Shown here piece by piece: positions 12,172-25,892 of a stretch of DNA of 64,000 nucleotides. The notes under the pieces were generated by a model. The model was given only the letters and a program-made list of their open reading frames with translations. It ran no database searches and was not told the DNA's origin. This DNA is from Antedon mediterranea (Eukaryota > Animalia > Echinodermata): NCBI RefSeq assembly GCF_964355755.1, contig NC_092670.1:8236201-8300200 (forward strand), read 5' to 3'. A program made the translations under genes and the position numbers. Each line of letters starts with the position of its first letter. Position 1 is the first letter of the stretch.

Positions 12172-13004
12172 TTAGACAAAAGAATATAAATTTTGTGGGA
12201 AAATAATTGTACTTTGAACACACAGTGGTGATTTGAAAGAACATTTTAGAAAACAAACAAGAGATACACTACATTATAACATTGTGCGAAGAAATTTAAA
12301 GTGATAATTCACATGAGAGAGAATTAATAGGTTAAGTTTGAATATTTTTTAATAAACAGAAATATTTATTTCAGATAAATGAGTTACTATAATGCAGTAC
12401 TCAATAATTTGAGCCATAATACTTGAAGAATATATTATATAGATTACTTTATTCCCTGATACAAAAAAAACTAATACATTGAAGTTTATGTAGTGTTTTA
12501 AGATTGTCATGTCAATCAAACAAATCAAACACAATAGATAATAATAAACCATTCCCATAACGGGAGAATTTTGAAAAAAACATTTTAGAACTCTCACAAT
12601 GAATCTGAATATTGTGAGAATAAAAAAACATTTGAAAATATACACTGCAAAGACACAACACAATATAAATGAAATTTGTGGAAAGAGATTTAAAACTAAT
12701 ATTTAACATTTAGAATTACATTTGAGGATACACACAAGAGAGAAAACATACTGTACTGTATAAATGTTAATGTTCTGTGTGTTGCTGTTTTTTGTTTTGT
12801 TTAAAGTACACACACACTTTCAATTCTAAATGTACACTCTTTTACTTATTAGTTAGTAAATTGTTGTTATAACATTTATTATAGTACTATGATACCTAGG
12901 ACTTAATTATTGTATTATTTTAATTCACTTTATTATAACATTATGCATTTTTGGTTTTGTTTACACTTTGTTTCGTTTGTGATATTTTGTTGGTCAAAAA
13001 TTAT

Positions 13005-13255
13005 AATAAACCCTTTCTATGATTTATAATGTACAGTAGCCTTCCTATGTAATAAAGCCTTTCTATGATTTATAATGTACAGTAGCCTTCCTATGTAATA
13101 AAGCCTTTCTATGATTTATAATGTACAGTAGCCTTCCTATGTAATAAAGCCTTTCTATGATTTATAATGTACAGTAGCCTTCCTATGTAATAAAGCCTTT
13201 CTATGATTTATAATGTACAGTAGCCTTCCTATGTAATAAAGCCTTTCTATGATTT
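13005..13255. repeat. 46-bp AATAAA minisatellite, ~5 units
   Basis: Same unit as 1161-1870. Confidence 0.95.
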
Positions 13256-13422
13256 TTATTTCAAAGTAACAGTTTTCTTTTATATTCGGTTTTTGTAACA
13301 ATAAAATCAAGTTTTATTCATATATATTCAAGATGCTGTATAATTTACTATTTTCTTTGTGTATATTTGTAAACACATGGCGACACAACAAGGGATAGAT
13401 AGATAGTAGTTTGTATTTTATA

Positions 13423-13531
13423 TTTTTAGTCGCGTGGACGCGACTCTATAGTTCACTATGTCGGTCGGTCGGTCTGTCGGTCCGGTATCACTATGCGTTT
13501 TAGCACCCGACTTATGGCTGTTGGCCTTGTT
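13423..13531 (+). mobile_element. Short DINE-1/HINE-like element (paralogous position to 2041)
   Basis: Near identical to 2041-2147. Confidence 0.7.
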
Positions 13532-14781
13532 ATGTTGAAGTTGAGGTATTCATGAGCAGAGGTACACTATAGGTTATGTTTTGGAAAAAAAAGTGTATAC
13601 TGTAGTCATTAGAATTTTAAAGTACTGTAGTTATATTATAGATAACTGATTTTGCTGCAGTTTTGCAATCGATCAGAATATTCAAAACTTAATGTTGTTA
13701 CGTGTTGTCAAAAGAATTGACACAACAATGTAACACTCAATCCAAGGAGTAACAACTCTCTTCTAAATCCAATTATCTAATTATAGTGGAATTTCAATAC
13801 AATTCTACATAATTGGCGTTATACAGTATACTGTAAAGGCAGTGACGATCCACTATTAGATCTCTAGATAAAGCCTTTCTCCACCCACTCTACACAATGG
13901 TAGAGTGGGTCGATTATAATGTCTCGGGGCGTTACTCAACAAGTACTCTTACGGCATCTAAATAGATAATTCAATTTGCTTAATTATACTCTCAACCAAT
14001 CAAATACCGTAAATAAGTACTTGTCTGCCAGTCTATGATCCTATTTATTGCTGAGGAATGCCATTCAGTTGTATACAGTGGCAGCGAGAGAACGACTGAG
14101 GAAGACGATAATTATCATTGAGGTAGGTACACGTTCCTAAACTGAAATATTGATTATGAGACAATCGGCGTGTGTGTTTCTTATAATTGTTAGCAGGATA
14201 CTCGAAAATGTATTGCCGATTTTCTTAAGATTTTAAAGGATAGGTTCATAGCTGTATGGGAACACGTTATTCAATTTCATATGACTAGTAGATCAAATAT
14301 CAAGCTGACCACAGCAATGGAAAGTTTCACCATAGGGATTTTCATTGCTTATTACGTATTTGTTGATATGTGGCATTGGCCCTCGCAATTAACACTCTAA
14401 CTATCTATTTTGTTTGTAACGTATTGTATAGGGCTTGGTTCTATTTGATACGGCTTGGTAATTAGGAGGACCCCGATTTATGTTTCTTTTCCCAGAAAAA
14501 TAGTAGGCCTAATGCCTTAAAATAACGCAAGCTAATATCACTCAAATTAATCCGTTACCATTAGGCCTCAGTAAATCTAATTAAAACAAAAGCTGTATAC
14601 ACGACATTAAAGTCGAATACGCCAATTTTAAATTCTTTGACATTATTCTGTTACAAAACTACTGTATGTACATAAGTTTGTTTTTCAATATAGTGTAGCT
14701 AACATGAATAGTACTACTAAGTATAGCCTGGAGGAAGTAGAATTATAGTTTTGACAATTGTATTTTTTTATAGATTTATTG

Positions 14782-16142
14782 ATGAATGAATATGACTTCA
14801 ACAAAAAAGAATTTAACAGTGTAAATACCAACATGAAATGCAAATGTGAACACTGTGGAGATGAATTTGAGTTCAGGGATTTGAAGGAACATTTAGGAAT
14901 ACACGTACATAGTAAAGAGTTTAAATGTGAAAACTCCGAGGATTTTCTGCTAAATGGCCAAACACCATATTATGACTTTGAACATTGTAGGCCTAGAATT
15001 GAAGAAAGTAAACATTTTGGACTACCCATTGTCGAAAAATCTTCATATGAATTTGAACATTGTCGAAATGACGAAAGTGAGAATTCAAGTAACACTGCCG
15101 TAGAAGCTTCGTATGAATTAGAACATTGTCGAAATGAAGAAAATGAGAATTTGGGAAACACCGTATACTGAATCTGATGAAAATTGTGGAACTGAAGAAA
15201 GGGGTGATTTGGGAATTCACACTTTCGAAGAAACTTCGTTTGGTTGTGAAAATTGTGGGAAAGTGATGATTTAACAAAACCATTTTAAAATTCACACAAG
15301 AGAGACACAACATGAATGTGAACATTGTGGGAAGACATTTAAACAGAATGCGAATTTGAAAAAGCATTTGAGAATACACACAGGAGAAGCACCATTTGAA
15401 TGTAAACACTGTGGGAAGAATTTTAAAGAAAGGGGGAATTTAAACAAGCATTTGCGGATGCATACAGGAGAGAAACCATATGATTGTGAATACTGTGGGA
15501 AGAAATTTAGATCTAGTGTAAATTTGACAAAACATTTGAGAGTACACACAGGAGAGAAGCCATATGAATGTGAACAGTGTCAAAGGAAATTTAAACACAG
15601 TGGGCAATTAAAAATACATTTTAGAACTCACACAGGGGAGACACCGTATGGATGTGAACATTGTGGAAAGAAATTTAAATAGAGAGTGATTTTGAGAGAA
15701 CATTTGATTGAGAATACACACAGGAGAGAAACCATATGAATGTATATTTTGCGCGAAGAACTTTAGAACTAGTAGTTATTTAAATATACATTTGAGATTA
15801 CACACAGGATGCAAATCGTATGAATGTGAATATTGTGGACAGAAATTTATCACTAATGGGACTTTAAAAAAACATTTGATAATTCACACCGGAGAGACAC
15901 CTTATGAATGTGAGCATTGTGGAAAGAAATTTAAACATAATGGATATTTAAAATTACATTTGAGAATACACACGGGAGAGAAACCATATAAATGTGAACA
16001 ATGTGGAATAGAATTTCAATGGGATAAAACCTTCCAAAGGCATCTAAAAACACACACACACAGACACTCTTTAAATGAAAACACTGTGCTATCATCTTTA
16101 AATTCAATTACATTATTACCAATCAATCAATTACAAAATTAG
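14782..16142 (+). pseudogene. ZF gene B, frameshifted (ORF pieces 14782-15171, 15356-15682, 15708-16142)
   Basis: About 9 recognisable C2H2 fingers split by stops/frameshifts; same lesions in B'. Confidence 0.85.
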
Positions 16143-16820
16143 AACTTACATATTTCTTTTCACTCTGATTGTTAAAGCATTTGATTGAAAAGATGGAATT
16201 TCTCAATATAAAATATTGTGTTTTGGTAAAGATATGAGGCACATATATTTTTTATTCTGTAGATGGATTCATGACAGAGAAATCAGTTAACTGAACATTT
16301 TGTTTAAGTTTTTCATATCTCCCTTTATTTTATGTTATTGTAAAGTGTATTGATTTTATGTATCGTATTCCTCGTTTTCGTCAGTCACAAAATAGTGTAA
16401 TTATTATTTGTACAGTGTTACCGCTAGAATAGGCCAAAATAGTAACAATCGGTAATATTACGTGTGTTTACTCGCTTTTGAAATCTTTTCAATGCAAATT
16501 AAAGAGAAATAATATCAAATTGTACCATTCTAAAAATATTAACAGTAAATATTCGTGCAACAACTTTTTAAACAAAATTAACTAGGGCAACTACATTGTA
16601 AATTATTGCATCTCTAAATTATTTATGGAGTGCTACGATGACATGACTGATCTATTATATTTAAGTTATTGAAATGTTATTTCAATGTGATTTCATTATA
16701 ACAGTGTTTACAATGTTATAGGCTTTGATTTATTTTTATATTTGCTTTCATTTTAATTACTTATATGTATGCAATCGTGTTTTCAATCAAATAGTTTATA
16801 GGCCAGTGTGTTTTGGAGTA

Positions 16821-17895
16821 TATCGCAAAAATAATAGCAGTTTGTACAGTAGGTCAGTGGTGTAGGAAAGAGTGGTATCGCACAAAATAATAGCAGTTTG
16901 TACAGTAGGTCAGTGGTGTAGGAAAGAGTGGTATCGCACAAAATAATAGCAGTTTGTACAGTAGGTCAGTGGTGTAGGAAAGAGTGGTATCGCACAAAAT
17001 AATAGCAGTTTGTACAGTAGGTCAGTGGTGTAGGAAAGAGTGGTATCGCACAAAATAATAGCATTTTGTACAGTAGGTCAGTGGTGTAGGAAAGAGTGGT
17101 ATCGCACAAAATAATAGCATTTTGTACAGTAGGTCAGTGGTGTAGGAAAGAGTGGTATCGCACAAAATAATAGCATTTTGTACAGTAGGTCAGTGGTGTA
17201 GGAAAGAGTGGTATCGCACAAAATAATAGCAGTTTGTACAGTAGGTCAGTGGTGTAGGAAAGAGTGGTATCGCACAAAATAATAGCAGTTTGTACAGTAG
17301 GTCAGTGGTGTAGGAAAGAGTGGTATCGCACAAAATAATAGCAGTTTGTACAGTAGGTCAGTGGTCTAGGAAAGAGTGATATCGCACAAAATAATAGCAG
17401 TTTGTACAGTAGGTCAGTGGTGTAGGAAAGAGTGGTATCGCACAAAATAATAGCAGTTTGTACAGTAGGTCAGTGGTGTAGGAAAGAGTGGTATCGCACA
17501 AAATAATAGCAGTTTGTACAGTAGGTCAGTGGTGTAGGAAAGAGTGGTATCGCACAAAATAATAGCAGTTTGTACAGTAGGTCAGTGGTGTAGGAAAGAG
17601 TGGTATCGCACAAAATAATAGCAGTTTGTACAGTAGGTCAGTGGTGTAGGAAAGAGTGGTATCGCACAAAATAATAGCAGTTTGTACAGTAGGTCAGTGG
17701 TGTAGGAAAGAGTGGTATCGCACAAAATAATAGCAGTTTGTACAGTAGGTCAGTGGTGTAGGAAAGAGTGGTATCGCACAAAATAATAGCAGTTTGTACA
17801 GTAGGTCAGTGGTGTAGGAAAGAGTGGTATCGCACAAAATAATAGCAGTTTGTACAGTAGGTCAGTGGTGTAGGAAAGAGTGGTATCGCACAAAA
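16821..17895. repeat. 56-bp satellite, 19 near-identical units
   Basis: Unit TATCGCACAAAATAATAGCAGTTTGTACAGTAGGTCAGTGGTGTAGGAAAGAGTGG; no spacers. Confidence 0.97.
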
Positions 17896-18225
17896 TTCCA
17901 ACAATGCAGAATTACCAATTTATTTGGTTATGTAGTTTGCAATGTTTAATATCTCTGTTTCATTTGATTTAGTAGAAAAGTGGAAATTACAATAAAATAT
18001 TATGATTGCCTTATTTAAATTTAATGTTTCTTCATTTATTTATTTGACCAAAAAACAATAATGTAAAACAAAACTGAGGAGGAGAATCGGTGGTCAGGAC
18101 GGTAAAGCAAAGATTTATAATATTCAAAATCATCATATAAAACAAGGAAAAAAATCATTTAGCGATTTAGAGAAAGATTTATAATTGCCCAGAAGGATTC
18201 AGAGTCAATTGATGATAAAATATAA

Positions 18226-18366
18226 AGCACTGTCTACATAGCACTATCAACATTTTATGTGACAAAAAATGTGATGAGTGTGGACGTGATGATGTCATAT
18301 ACCATATTTGGGCATTTCACTACCATATTTGGGCAAATCACACTCTTAGTTTGATAAGACAAAGCT
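18226..18366. mobile_element. MITE (AGCACTGTCTAC...AGACAAAGCT)
   Basis: Degenerate TIRs; internal sequence inverted relative to 12046-12171. Confidence 0.55.
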
Positions 18367-18458
18367 ATAGGAAGAGATTCAGAAACAGCTAATTAATTTA
18401 ATTCAAATTCAAACTGTTTATTGCAACAAGGTAAGCATTGTTATATTTACAAAATAAC

Positions 18459-18903
18459 AACTACAATTCATTTCGTCACTTTGACGAATTATTTGTGATC
18501 ATTGTGAAAACACAATTTTACTGACGTTTCATTTTTTTTAAATAAACTATGAGCGCAAAACATTGATGTATTCCATCCATGACTTGATGCATAGGCCTAC
18601 TATTATAGAGTGCTGCTATTAGTGTCGTATTTAATATGTACAGTATATACGGTATATCTATATACAGTGTAGTAGGTGAAATTACGTGACCCACACTATG
18701 TTCTAATGTTTTGGTATGATGATGACAATTTCGGAAGATAATGATTTGAGCAAAAGATATAACTCTTTTAAAATGTTTAGGCCCTATAACTTTGACGAAA
18801 GACATGATAAAACTACATTTTAATTCAACTGACCATTATTATAATGTCAACATTCAACAATTTTTATATGAATTCATATCTACATTTCAGCAGCTTCACA
18901 TTT
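18459..18903 (-). mobile_element. Fragment of the Helentron-like family seen at 4447
   Basis: Same TTCGTCACTTTGACGAA hairpin and colinear downstream similarity; duplicated at 53629-54073. Confidence 0.6.
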
Positions 18904-19061
18904 TCCCAATTGGAAAAACTCGTATCATCAACGTGGCGGCCACCGGAGCACTTTTTGGTAGTGGTTCATCTCGGCCGGTTACAGAACGCGATATTGTATT
19001 GAGCGCCAAAAGTGCCCGTTATGATAGTGTAATAGTGACGACGTGTACAACACAGGCTTTA

Positions 19062-19495
19062 AAGTTAACGATGTTTTTATGATGTATTTATTTGGATTCG
19101 ATAATAAAGTACTGTATTTGAGAGTGTCTCAAATAAAAATTTTAAACAGTTAGCCAGCTTTATATATAAAATAAATCGAATAGTACAATATGTTTTGTGT
19201 TTTAATGTTAATTAATACTTAATGAGTTACTATATTATTACAATGTATATACTGCTATACTATTATAATATAATTTCAAGTTAACGATGTTTTTATGATG
19301 TATTTATTTTGATTTGAAAATAAAATACTGTATTTAAGAGTGTCACAAATAATATTTTTAAACAGTTAGCAGCTTTATATATAAAATAAATCGAATAGTA
19401 CAATATATTTCGTTTTATGTTTAAATGTGAATTAATACTGAATGAGTTACATTTATTACAGTAGAATGTATATACTGCTATATTATAATATAATT
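19062..19495. repeat. Diverged ~216-bp tandem duplication
   Basis: AAGTTAACGATGTTTTTATGATG starts at 19062 and 19278. Confidence 0.85.
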
Positions 19496-20027
19496 AGTTT
19501 AATAAAAAAACGAAATAAATGATTTAAAATGATATGAGTATCTTTGCGTTGATTCAATCTACTTAGAAAATGCAGTCAACACAACGGCATCATCAAAATG
19601 CGTGCATACTTTCTATAAAACAAATAATACTAATCCCCTATATTGTGCTAATCACAAACAAATCAAAGCAACAATATTGAACAAAAAGAAAGTATGTCTT
19701 TGTGATGACGCTTTGATTTCATTCATTATAGAAACAATACATCATAATTATAGGATAATTGGTCATTTGTCTTTGAGGCGCTTTGATTTAATGCATATAA
19801 TAAAACACATAAGACAAAACATAATGTTCGGTTGCTTTTCGTAAACCAAAAAGTCGGAAGATGCGTAAATCAAAGGTAATTTTGTGTCAATAGTAAAAAG
19901 TGTCCTTTGCGAAAGGCACACAATAGTTGCGCAAATAATGGTCTACTCTCTGTATTAAATGGGGGGGGGGGGGTGCTAGTACGTACATGTTCACTTTCAA
20001 ACTGATTTATCTTCGACTGCAACAAAA

Positions 20028-20315
20028 ATGAACGACTGTATCCAGTGTAGAGAACCTGTTAATCATCGCCAGGAGGCTGTTTTTTGCGAGGAGTGCCAAC
20101 ATCGAACTTGCGGTACTGGTATAACACGTGCTGCCTATCTTGCTGGTATCCGCGACGGCTACATTGATTGGACGTGTAATAAATGTGTGCGACCTGTTCC
20201 AGAGGAACCTGCAGCCCAACTAGATGTCTTTGTTGGAGACCTTGGAGCATTTGAAGAGCCTGCAGTTGTTGAGGAACAAAACTTACCAAACCCATATCGA
20301 GTACCAAATCAATAA
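20028..20315 (+). pseudogene. PHD-finger-like ORF, probably the N-terminus of a DNA-transposon (MULE-type?) gene relic
   Basis: CxxC...CxxC.HxxC...WxCxxC (C4HC3) pattern, short spacing before the His; identical protein at 55198-55485. Confidence 0.55.
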
Positions 20316-20971
20316 GAACAATAAAATCGTTGATCGCGTCAGAATATTATTTAGCTGTTTTTTTTTTTTTTTGCTATTTTGAAATTTCCTGTCACTGGAC
20401 CCTAATAGAAATTGTTTCCTTTTGTAATGATGAATTGGGTCGTCCTAAATATATTTTGATTTTGTCTAAAGCCTACATATCATTACAATTTTGTTTTGGC
20501 CTATTTATTAGTGCGTTGTGTTCCTTATCAGTTGATCTTTATCAGTGGTGCTTAATTAACAATGCAGGGCGTACCATTGGGATGTAAGTTTTAATAGAAT
20601 GAGATACACAAAATGACACAAAATGACTAAAGAAAATACTATTATTAATAGCAGTAATAGTAGTATTAATACTACTATTATTTCTTATATAACTTTATAC
20701 ATCTCTATGCAGTTACTAACATTGAATTAATGTTATGTGTATTTTCAGCATTTAAAATAATGATAAAGTTAAAACTATAAATTACTTATACAGTAATGTT
20801 TCATTCTTTTCTTAGTCACGGCTTGTAACAATATTTTCTGTGCCAGCGACTATTAATTGGTTTTATTGTACTTTGGTTTCCATTGATTTTGTTACCCTCA
20901 TTTTTAAAATCTTTTGTTTAATTAAATTCTTGACTACGTCACGTCCACATGTAGATTTTCAATAGTCTCGG

Positions 20972-21655
20972 CCAATCAAAGTACAGTAGGCCAACTATTA
21001 AGCGACGAGATGTCTTTGTCCGTCATTATTTCCGCCTGGTCTGAGTGGATGAAGGCCACTGCTACTTTATTTGTTCATTGTTATTATTTTGTATGCAGGC
21101 AGCGAAAGAAGTGGACAAAAAGGCCGGGAACTGTACCATGGTAAGTACAACCACAACTTAATTGTTTTATGTATTTTTTCCCATTCACAATCTGTACAAT
21201 TTAGTGCGGTTTGTTTTACACGTTTACGCATGGAGTGTACTCCATGGTTTACGATGGTTTTCGTAACTAACTCCAAATAGTGAGAGGGAAGTCATGATTC
21301 AACGTATAAATAATTATAACTCCAGGATTTAATAATTATCTAGCCAACCAGCTTGTCAACATTACACAAACAAAAATGGTATATTCAACAACAAACATTT
21401 TTGCTTTCATTACAATTGTAATGTAATTATCAATAATGGCCTTGGGTTGTTATCAAACTGCACTTTTAAAGTTATTGGTTGGTCAATTATTTGCCTATAG
21501 TTTCGACCAATCAAATTTAAGTACAGCATAATCTAATTATAGGTGTTTTTTCTTTGTTAGAATATCCTTGGATAAAACTGTTGTTTGCTAAGTTTTAAGC
21601 AGGAAGTGAAACAATGGCCGCTCACTGAGAAGACGGCAGTGGTATAGGTAAGTAC
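20972..21655 (+). promoter_or_regulatory. Two candidate promoter/5' exon modules of gene C (CCAAT at 20972 and 21507; ETS-like CAGGAAGTG; donors GTAAGT at 21141 and 21648)
   Basis: Perfect donor consensus downstream of CCAAT boxes; retained in the duplicate at ~56146-56828. Confidence 0.45.
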
Positions 21656-22218
21656 CAGGATTTTGTTGTGTATTTTTGTTTATGCAATTGCACTAAACAG
21701 TAACTTGTGTACATTTTAGTGTAGTAAGTTGTGGATTCCGTAAGTTGTTTAAAAATGTTTTTAAATATACATTTATTACTTTAATTCTTCCATACTTTAC
21801 GATCTTTTATATATATATATATCGGTATATCTTTATTCAAATGACACAAACAGCCAATGGCTGAAACCGTAGTCGTACAATATTAAAAACAATCATGATA
21901 AAAACAGGTAAAAAAAAAACATTTAAAAAAGCCGGTACTAGGCTCCTTCAAGCCTAAAGTAATCGATCGATCCAAACCCACAAGTTTTTTGTTGAACAGT
22001 GCATGTTTATTCAATGTTATTGCCTACTTTACTACTCCCTTATTCAGTACAGTATATGCCACGCTGTACCTTAGGTACATTTTATTTATATTTATTGGAT
22101 TTTTTAAATTTACAGTAGGCCTATAATTATGAAGAAATGTCATCGCAATTAGGACGAACTCAACAGCAACATTAACTTTTAAAAATCATTAAAAAAAGAT
22201 TTTTTATTGAACATCAGC

Positions 22219-24300
22219 ATGGAGTTCAAATGTGAACACTGTGGAGATAAATTTGAGTTAAGTGATTTGAAGGAGCATTTAGGAATACATGTCCGTTTTA
22301 AAGAGTTAAAATGTGAAAACACAAACGATGTTGAACCACAAGATGAGACACCCTATGAGAAAGAAGGTGAGAATTTTGAAATAAACACTGCCATAGAAAC
22401 TTCATATAAATGTGAACATTGTGAGAAGCAATTTGAACAAAAAGAAGATTTGAAACAACATTTGCAAATACACAGAGAAGAGAAACCATATGAATGTGAA
22501 CAATGTAATAAAAGATTTAAACAGAATGCTAATTTCAAAAAACATTTGAGAATTCACACAGGAGAAACACCATATGAATGTGAACATTGTAGGAAGAAAT
22601 TTAAAGAAAGGGGGAATTTGAATAAACATTTGAGAGTACACACAGGAGAGAAACCATATGAATGTGAACATTGTGGAAAGAAATTTAGCTGCAGTCAGAA
22701 TTTGAAAAAACATTTGAGAGTACACACAGGAGAAACACCATATGAATGTGAACATTGTGGGAAGAAATTTGCACAAAGCGGGGAAATGAAAGTTCATGTC
22801 AGAATTCACACAGGAGAAAAACCATATGAATGTGAACAATGTGGGAAGAAATTCGGAGCTAGTGGTTCTTTAAAAAAACATCTGAGAGTACATAGTGGAG
22901 AAAAACCATTTGAATGTAAATATTGTTCAAAGAAATTTAGCTCAAAAAAATATTTAATAGTACACACACGGTTACACACAGGAGAGCAACTATATGAATG
23001 TGAATATTGTGGGAAGAAAATTAACAATAAAGACAACTGGAGAAAACATGTGATGCTACACACAGGAGAGAGACCATATGAATGTGAGCATTGTGGAAAG
23101 AAATTTAGAGGTAATAGAAATTTAAAATTACATTTAAGAATTCACACTGGAGAGAAACCATTTGAATGTGAATATTGTGGGAAGAAATTTAACGATAAAG
23201 GACAATGGAAAAAACATGTGATGCTACACACAGGAGAGAGACCATATGGATGTGAGCATTGTGGAAAGAAATTTAGAGGCAATAAAAATTTAAAATTGCA
23301 TTTGAGAATTCACACTGGAGAGAAACCATTTGAATGTGAACATTGTGGTAAGAAATTCCAATATCGGGAGACCTTCAAAAAACATTTGAGAATACACACA
23401 GGAGAAACACCTTATGAATGTGAACATTGTGGGATGAAATTTAAAGGAGGAAATCAATTGGAAATACATTTGAGAATTCACAATACAATAGCGCCACCAT
23501 CGCATAATTTGGAACAGAACAAAGGTAATGTAAATTTAAAATCACCGTTGAAAATACTCAGAGCGACACCATCTGGATCTTATGGATGTGAACAAAAATG
23601 TATAAATAATTTTATAGCACACAAGAGAGAGACAGAATCTAAATGTGAACATTGTGGAATAAAATTCAAAACTATTGAATATTTAAAATCGCATTTGAGA
23701 ATACACATAAAAAAGGAAATACCGTCTTATGAATGTGAACAGAAATGTATAACTAATTTTATAACATACAAGAAAGAGACACCATATGAAATGGATTGGA
23801 AAGAAGAGACACCATATGGAATGGAACATAAAAGAGAGACACCATATGGAAAGAAACATAAAGAGAAGACACCATATGGAATGGAACATAAAGAAAATAG
23901 TACACCACATGAAATAGAACATAAAGGAGATATACCATATGAAATGGAACATAAAGGAGAGACACCATATGAAATGGAACATAAAGGAGATATACCATAT
24001 GAAATGGAACATAAAGGAGATATACCATATGAAATGGAACATAAAGGAGATATACCATATGAAATGGAATATAAAGGAGATATACCATATGAAATGGAAC
24101 ATAAAGGAGAGACACCATATGAAATGGAATATAAAGGAGAGATACCATATGAATTTGAACATACAGGAGACACATCATATGGAATGGAACATTTAATACA
24201 CAGAACACAGATACCATATGAAATGGAACAATTAATAGGCATAGGCCTACACACAGGAGAAACACCATATGAGATGGGAACATTGTGGGATCGAATTTAA
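22219..24300 (+). CDS. C2H2 zinc-finger protein C: atypical N-terminal finger, 13 tandem fingers, 1 isolated finger, C-terminal 10-aa repeats
   Basis: Uninterrupted ORF with HTGEKPY linkers; first in-frame ATG at 22219. Confidence 0.9.
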   Translation: MEFKCEHCGDKFELSDLKEHLGIHVRFKELKCENTNDVEPQDETPYEKEGENFEINTAIETSYKCEHCEKQFEQKEDLKQHLQIHREEKPYECEQCNKRFKQNANFKKHLRIHTGETPYECEHCRKKFKERGNLNKHLRVHTGEKPYECEHCGKKFSCSQNLKKHLRVHTGETPYECEHCGKKFAQSGEMKVHVRIHTGEKPYECEQCGKKFGASGSLKKHLRVHSGEKPFECKYCSKKFSSKKYLIVHTRLHTGEQLYECEYCGKKINNKDNWRKHVMLHTGERPYECEHCGKKFRGNRNLKLHLRIHTGEKPFECEYCGKKFNDKGQWKKHVMLHTGERPYGCEHCGKKFRGNKNLKLHLRIHTGEKPFECEHCGKKFQYRETFKKHLRIHTGETPYECEHCGMKFKGGNQLEIHLRIHNTIAPPSHNLEQNKGNVNLKSPLKILRATPSGSYGCEQKCINNFIAHKRETESKCEHCGIKFKTIEYLKSHLRIHIKKEIPSYECEQKCITNFITYKKETPYEMDWKEETPYGMEHKRETPYGKKHKEKTPYGMEHKENSTPHEIEHKGDIPYEMEHKGETPYEMEHKGDIPYEMEHKGDIPYEMEHKGDIPYEMEYKGDIPYEMEHKGETPYEMEYKGEIPYEFEHTGDTSYGMEHLIHRTQIPYEMEQLIGIGLHTGETPYEMGTLWDRI

Positions 24301-24949
24301 CCAGAATGACAATTACATTATACTATTAATTTAACAATATCAAGTTTACCAGGGGCTATATAAAGTTTATCCTACTGCCGTACACTTAGGCCTACTTGTA
24401 GGAGGGATCGAGAAGAGGGTGTAGTGTTTATTGCAGTGACTATCTCAAATAACCTCATCCGTTCAGTAGTATAACCTTGGACCTGATCCTTAATTTTACT
24501 GTAAATATATTTAGAAGAATTCATTGGTTAGATAATGTTTAAACTATAAGTTACTAATACTGTAAAGATTTATTGTCCGCCAAAGCGGTTAAAATCAATC
24601 AAAAACACATTGTCTTCCAGACAATTTGACAATTGTCTGCTTTAGCTTACAGTTTTTTTACGTTTATATTTTTTTTCCGATCCAATTCATGGTGAAAAGT
24701 GAAGTGAATAACTATTATGTAACATTAAAATGGCATATTCAACAAAACATTTAACGAAATTATTTTTTTCAGATTCAAAATATACCTTTAAACAATTAAT
24801 TAATTTGTGCAGACATATATCTTTTTTTTTCATTTATAAACAATTAGCGTCATTATGACAGGGTACAGATGATGGTTGAAGTTAAACATGTTTGACATTA
24901 AATCTTTCGTTTTTTTATTATTTTTCTTTGTCTTTTTGTTTCAATTTAA

Positions 24950-25067
24950 AACAAGGCCATATAGATGGCTGCAGTCGCGTGCTCAAGTTAGTGTTTATGA
25001 CCAACCGACCGACCAACCGACGGACCGACATAGTGAGTTGTAGAGTCGCGCTGCACGCGACTAAAAA
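24950..25067 (-). mobile_element. Short DINE-1/HINE-like element
   Basis: GCCAT-ATAG-ATGGC hairpin, AGTCGCGTG...CACGCGACT inverted repeats, (CCGA)n; duplicated at 60159-60276. Confidence 0.7.
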
Positions 25068-25253
25068 CTTCAGTTCCTGTTTTACTACGGAGGTTGGAGA
25101 AAACGTTTGAAAATGTATTCGTACGTTCATGAAAAGCGGAATAATATCTAATTTTTTCTACATATGCAAAACGTTCAGCGTACATTCGAACACTGTAGCC
25201 TACCTTTTAAAATTATTGTAACAATTGGTAACGTAACAAAAGTCAACCACTAA

Positions 25254-25432
25254 AGCTTGGTTCCCACTAGAACGTAACGCAAGGACGTAAACGCAACGCA
25301 AGCGTTTTAACCAATGACAAGCGAAGTTATAGACAGTTAGCAATCACAAGCGAATAAGCCATCGCTTGTGATTGGTCAATTCACTTGCGTTGCGTTACGT
25401 CCTTGCGTTGCGTCGCTAGTGGGAACCACGCT
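25254..25432. mobile_element. PIF/Harbinger (Tourist-like) MITE
   Basis: TIR AGCTTGGTTCCCACTAG / CTAGTGGGAACCACGCT, TAA target duplication, long internal palindromy. Confidence 0.8.
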
Positions 25433-25892
25433 TAAAGTAAAAACAGTACTTGTGTGTGTGTCTATTTTCTATTATTTGTTTCTTCTGTTGGATATTAATG
25501 GTGCTAAATCTTTTACATGAACGGAAGATGGAATCGTATTAATAGTAATAAAAGAGTATGCAAATTATGATGAATACTTTCGTTTGTCCCTTTTATTCAG
25601 ATAATATTAGAACTAAATATATGATTTCCTTTAATTCAAATAACACAAATTGAAATATATTTATCGTTTTAATTTAGACGTTCTAAAAGGAAAGCATGAT
25701 GGTCAAATGAACAATGTGTAAGTTTATTTGTAGTTATTTGAATTACTGAAACAAATTGTAATACAGTAATTCGTATTAAAAATATATAATTTGCTATTTA
25801 CCACTTTCAGCTGAATATGCCTCACTTTAGTCAAATGAACAATGTGTAAGTTTATTTGTAATTATTTGAATTACTGAAACAAATTGTAATAC

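Noticed and set aside
14782-16142. Programmed frameshifting or readthrough, because lesions are shared by B and B'
   Set aside because: Sharing is explained by the very recent duplication; the third copy has different lesions
16821-17895. Possible CRISPR array (also 181-785, 1161-1870, 51599-53065)
   Set aside because: Units are contiguous with no unique spacers, there are no cas genes, and the context is eukaryotic
21805-22075. Possible 3' end of a minus-strand LINE in the intron of C
   Set aside because: Only an (AT)n tail and AATAAA are visible; no protein motif recognised
23683-24283. Open frames in several alternative phases over the 30-bp repeat
   Set aside because: Expected when a repeat unit lacks stops; no independent evidence of coding
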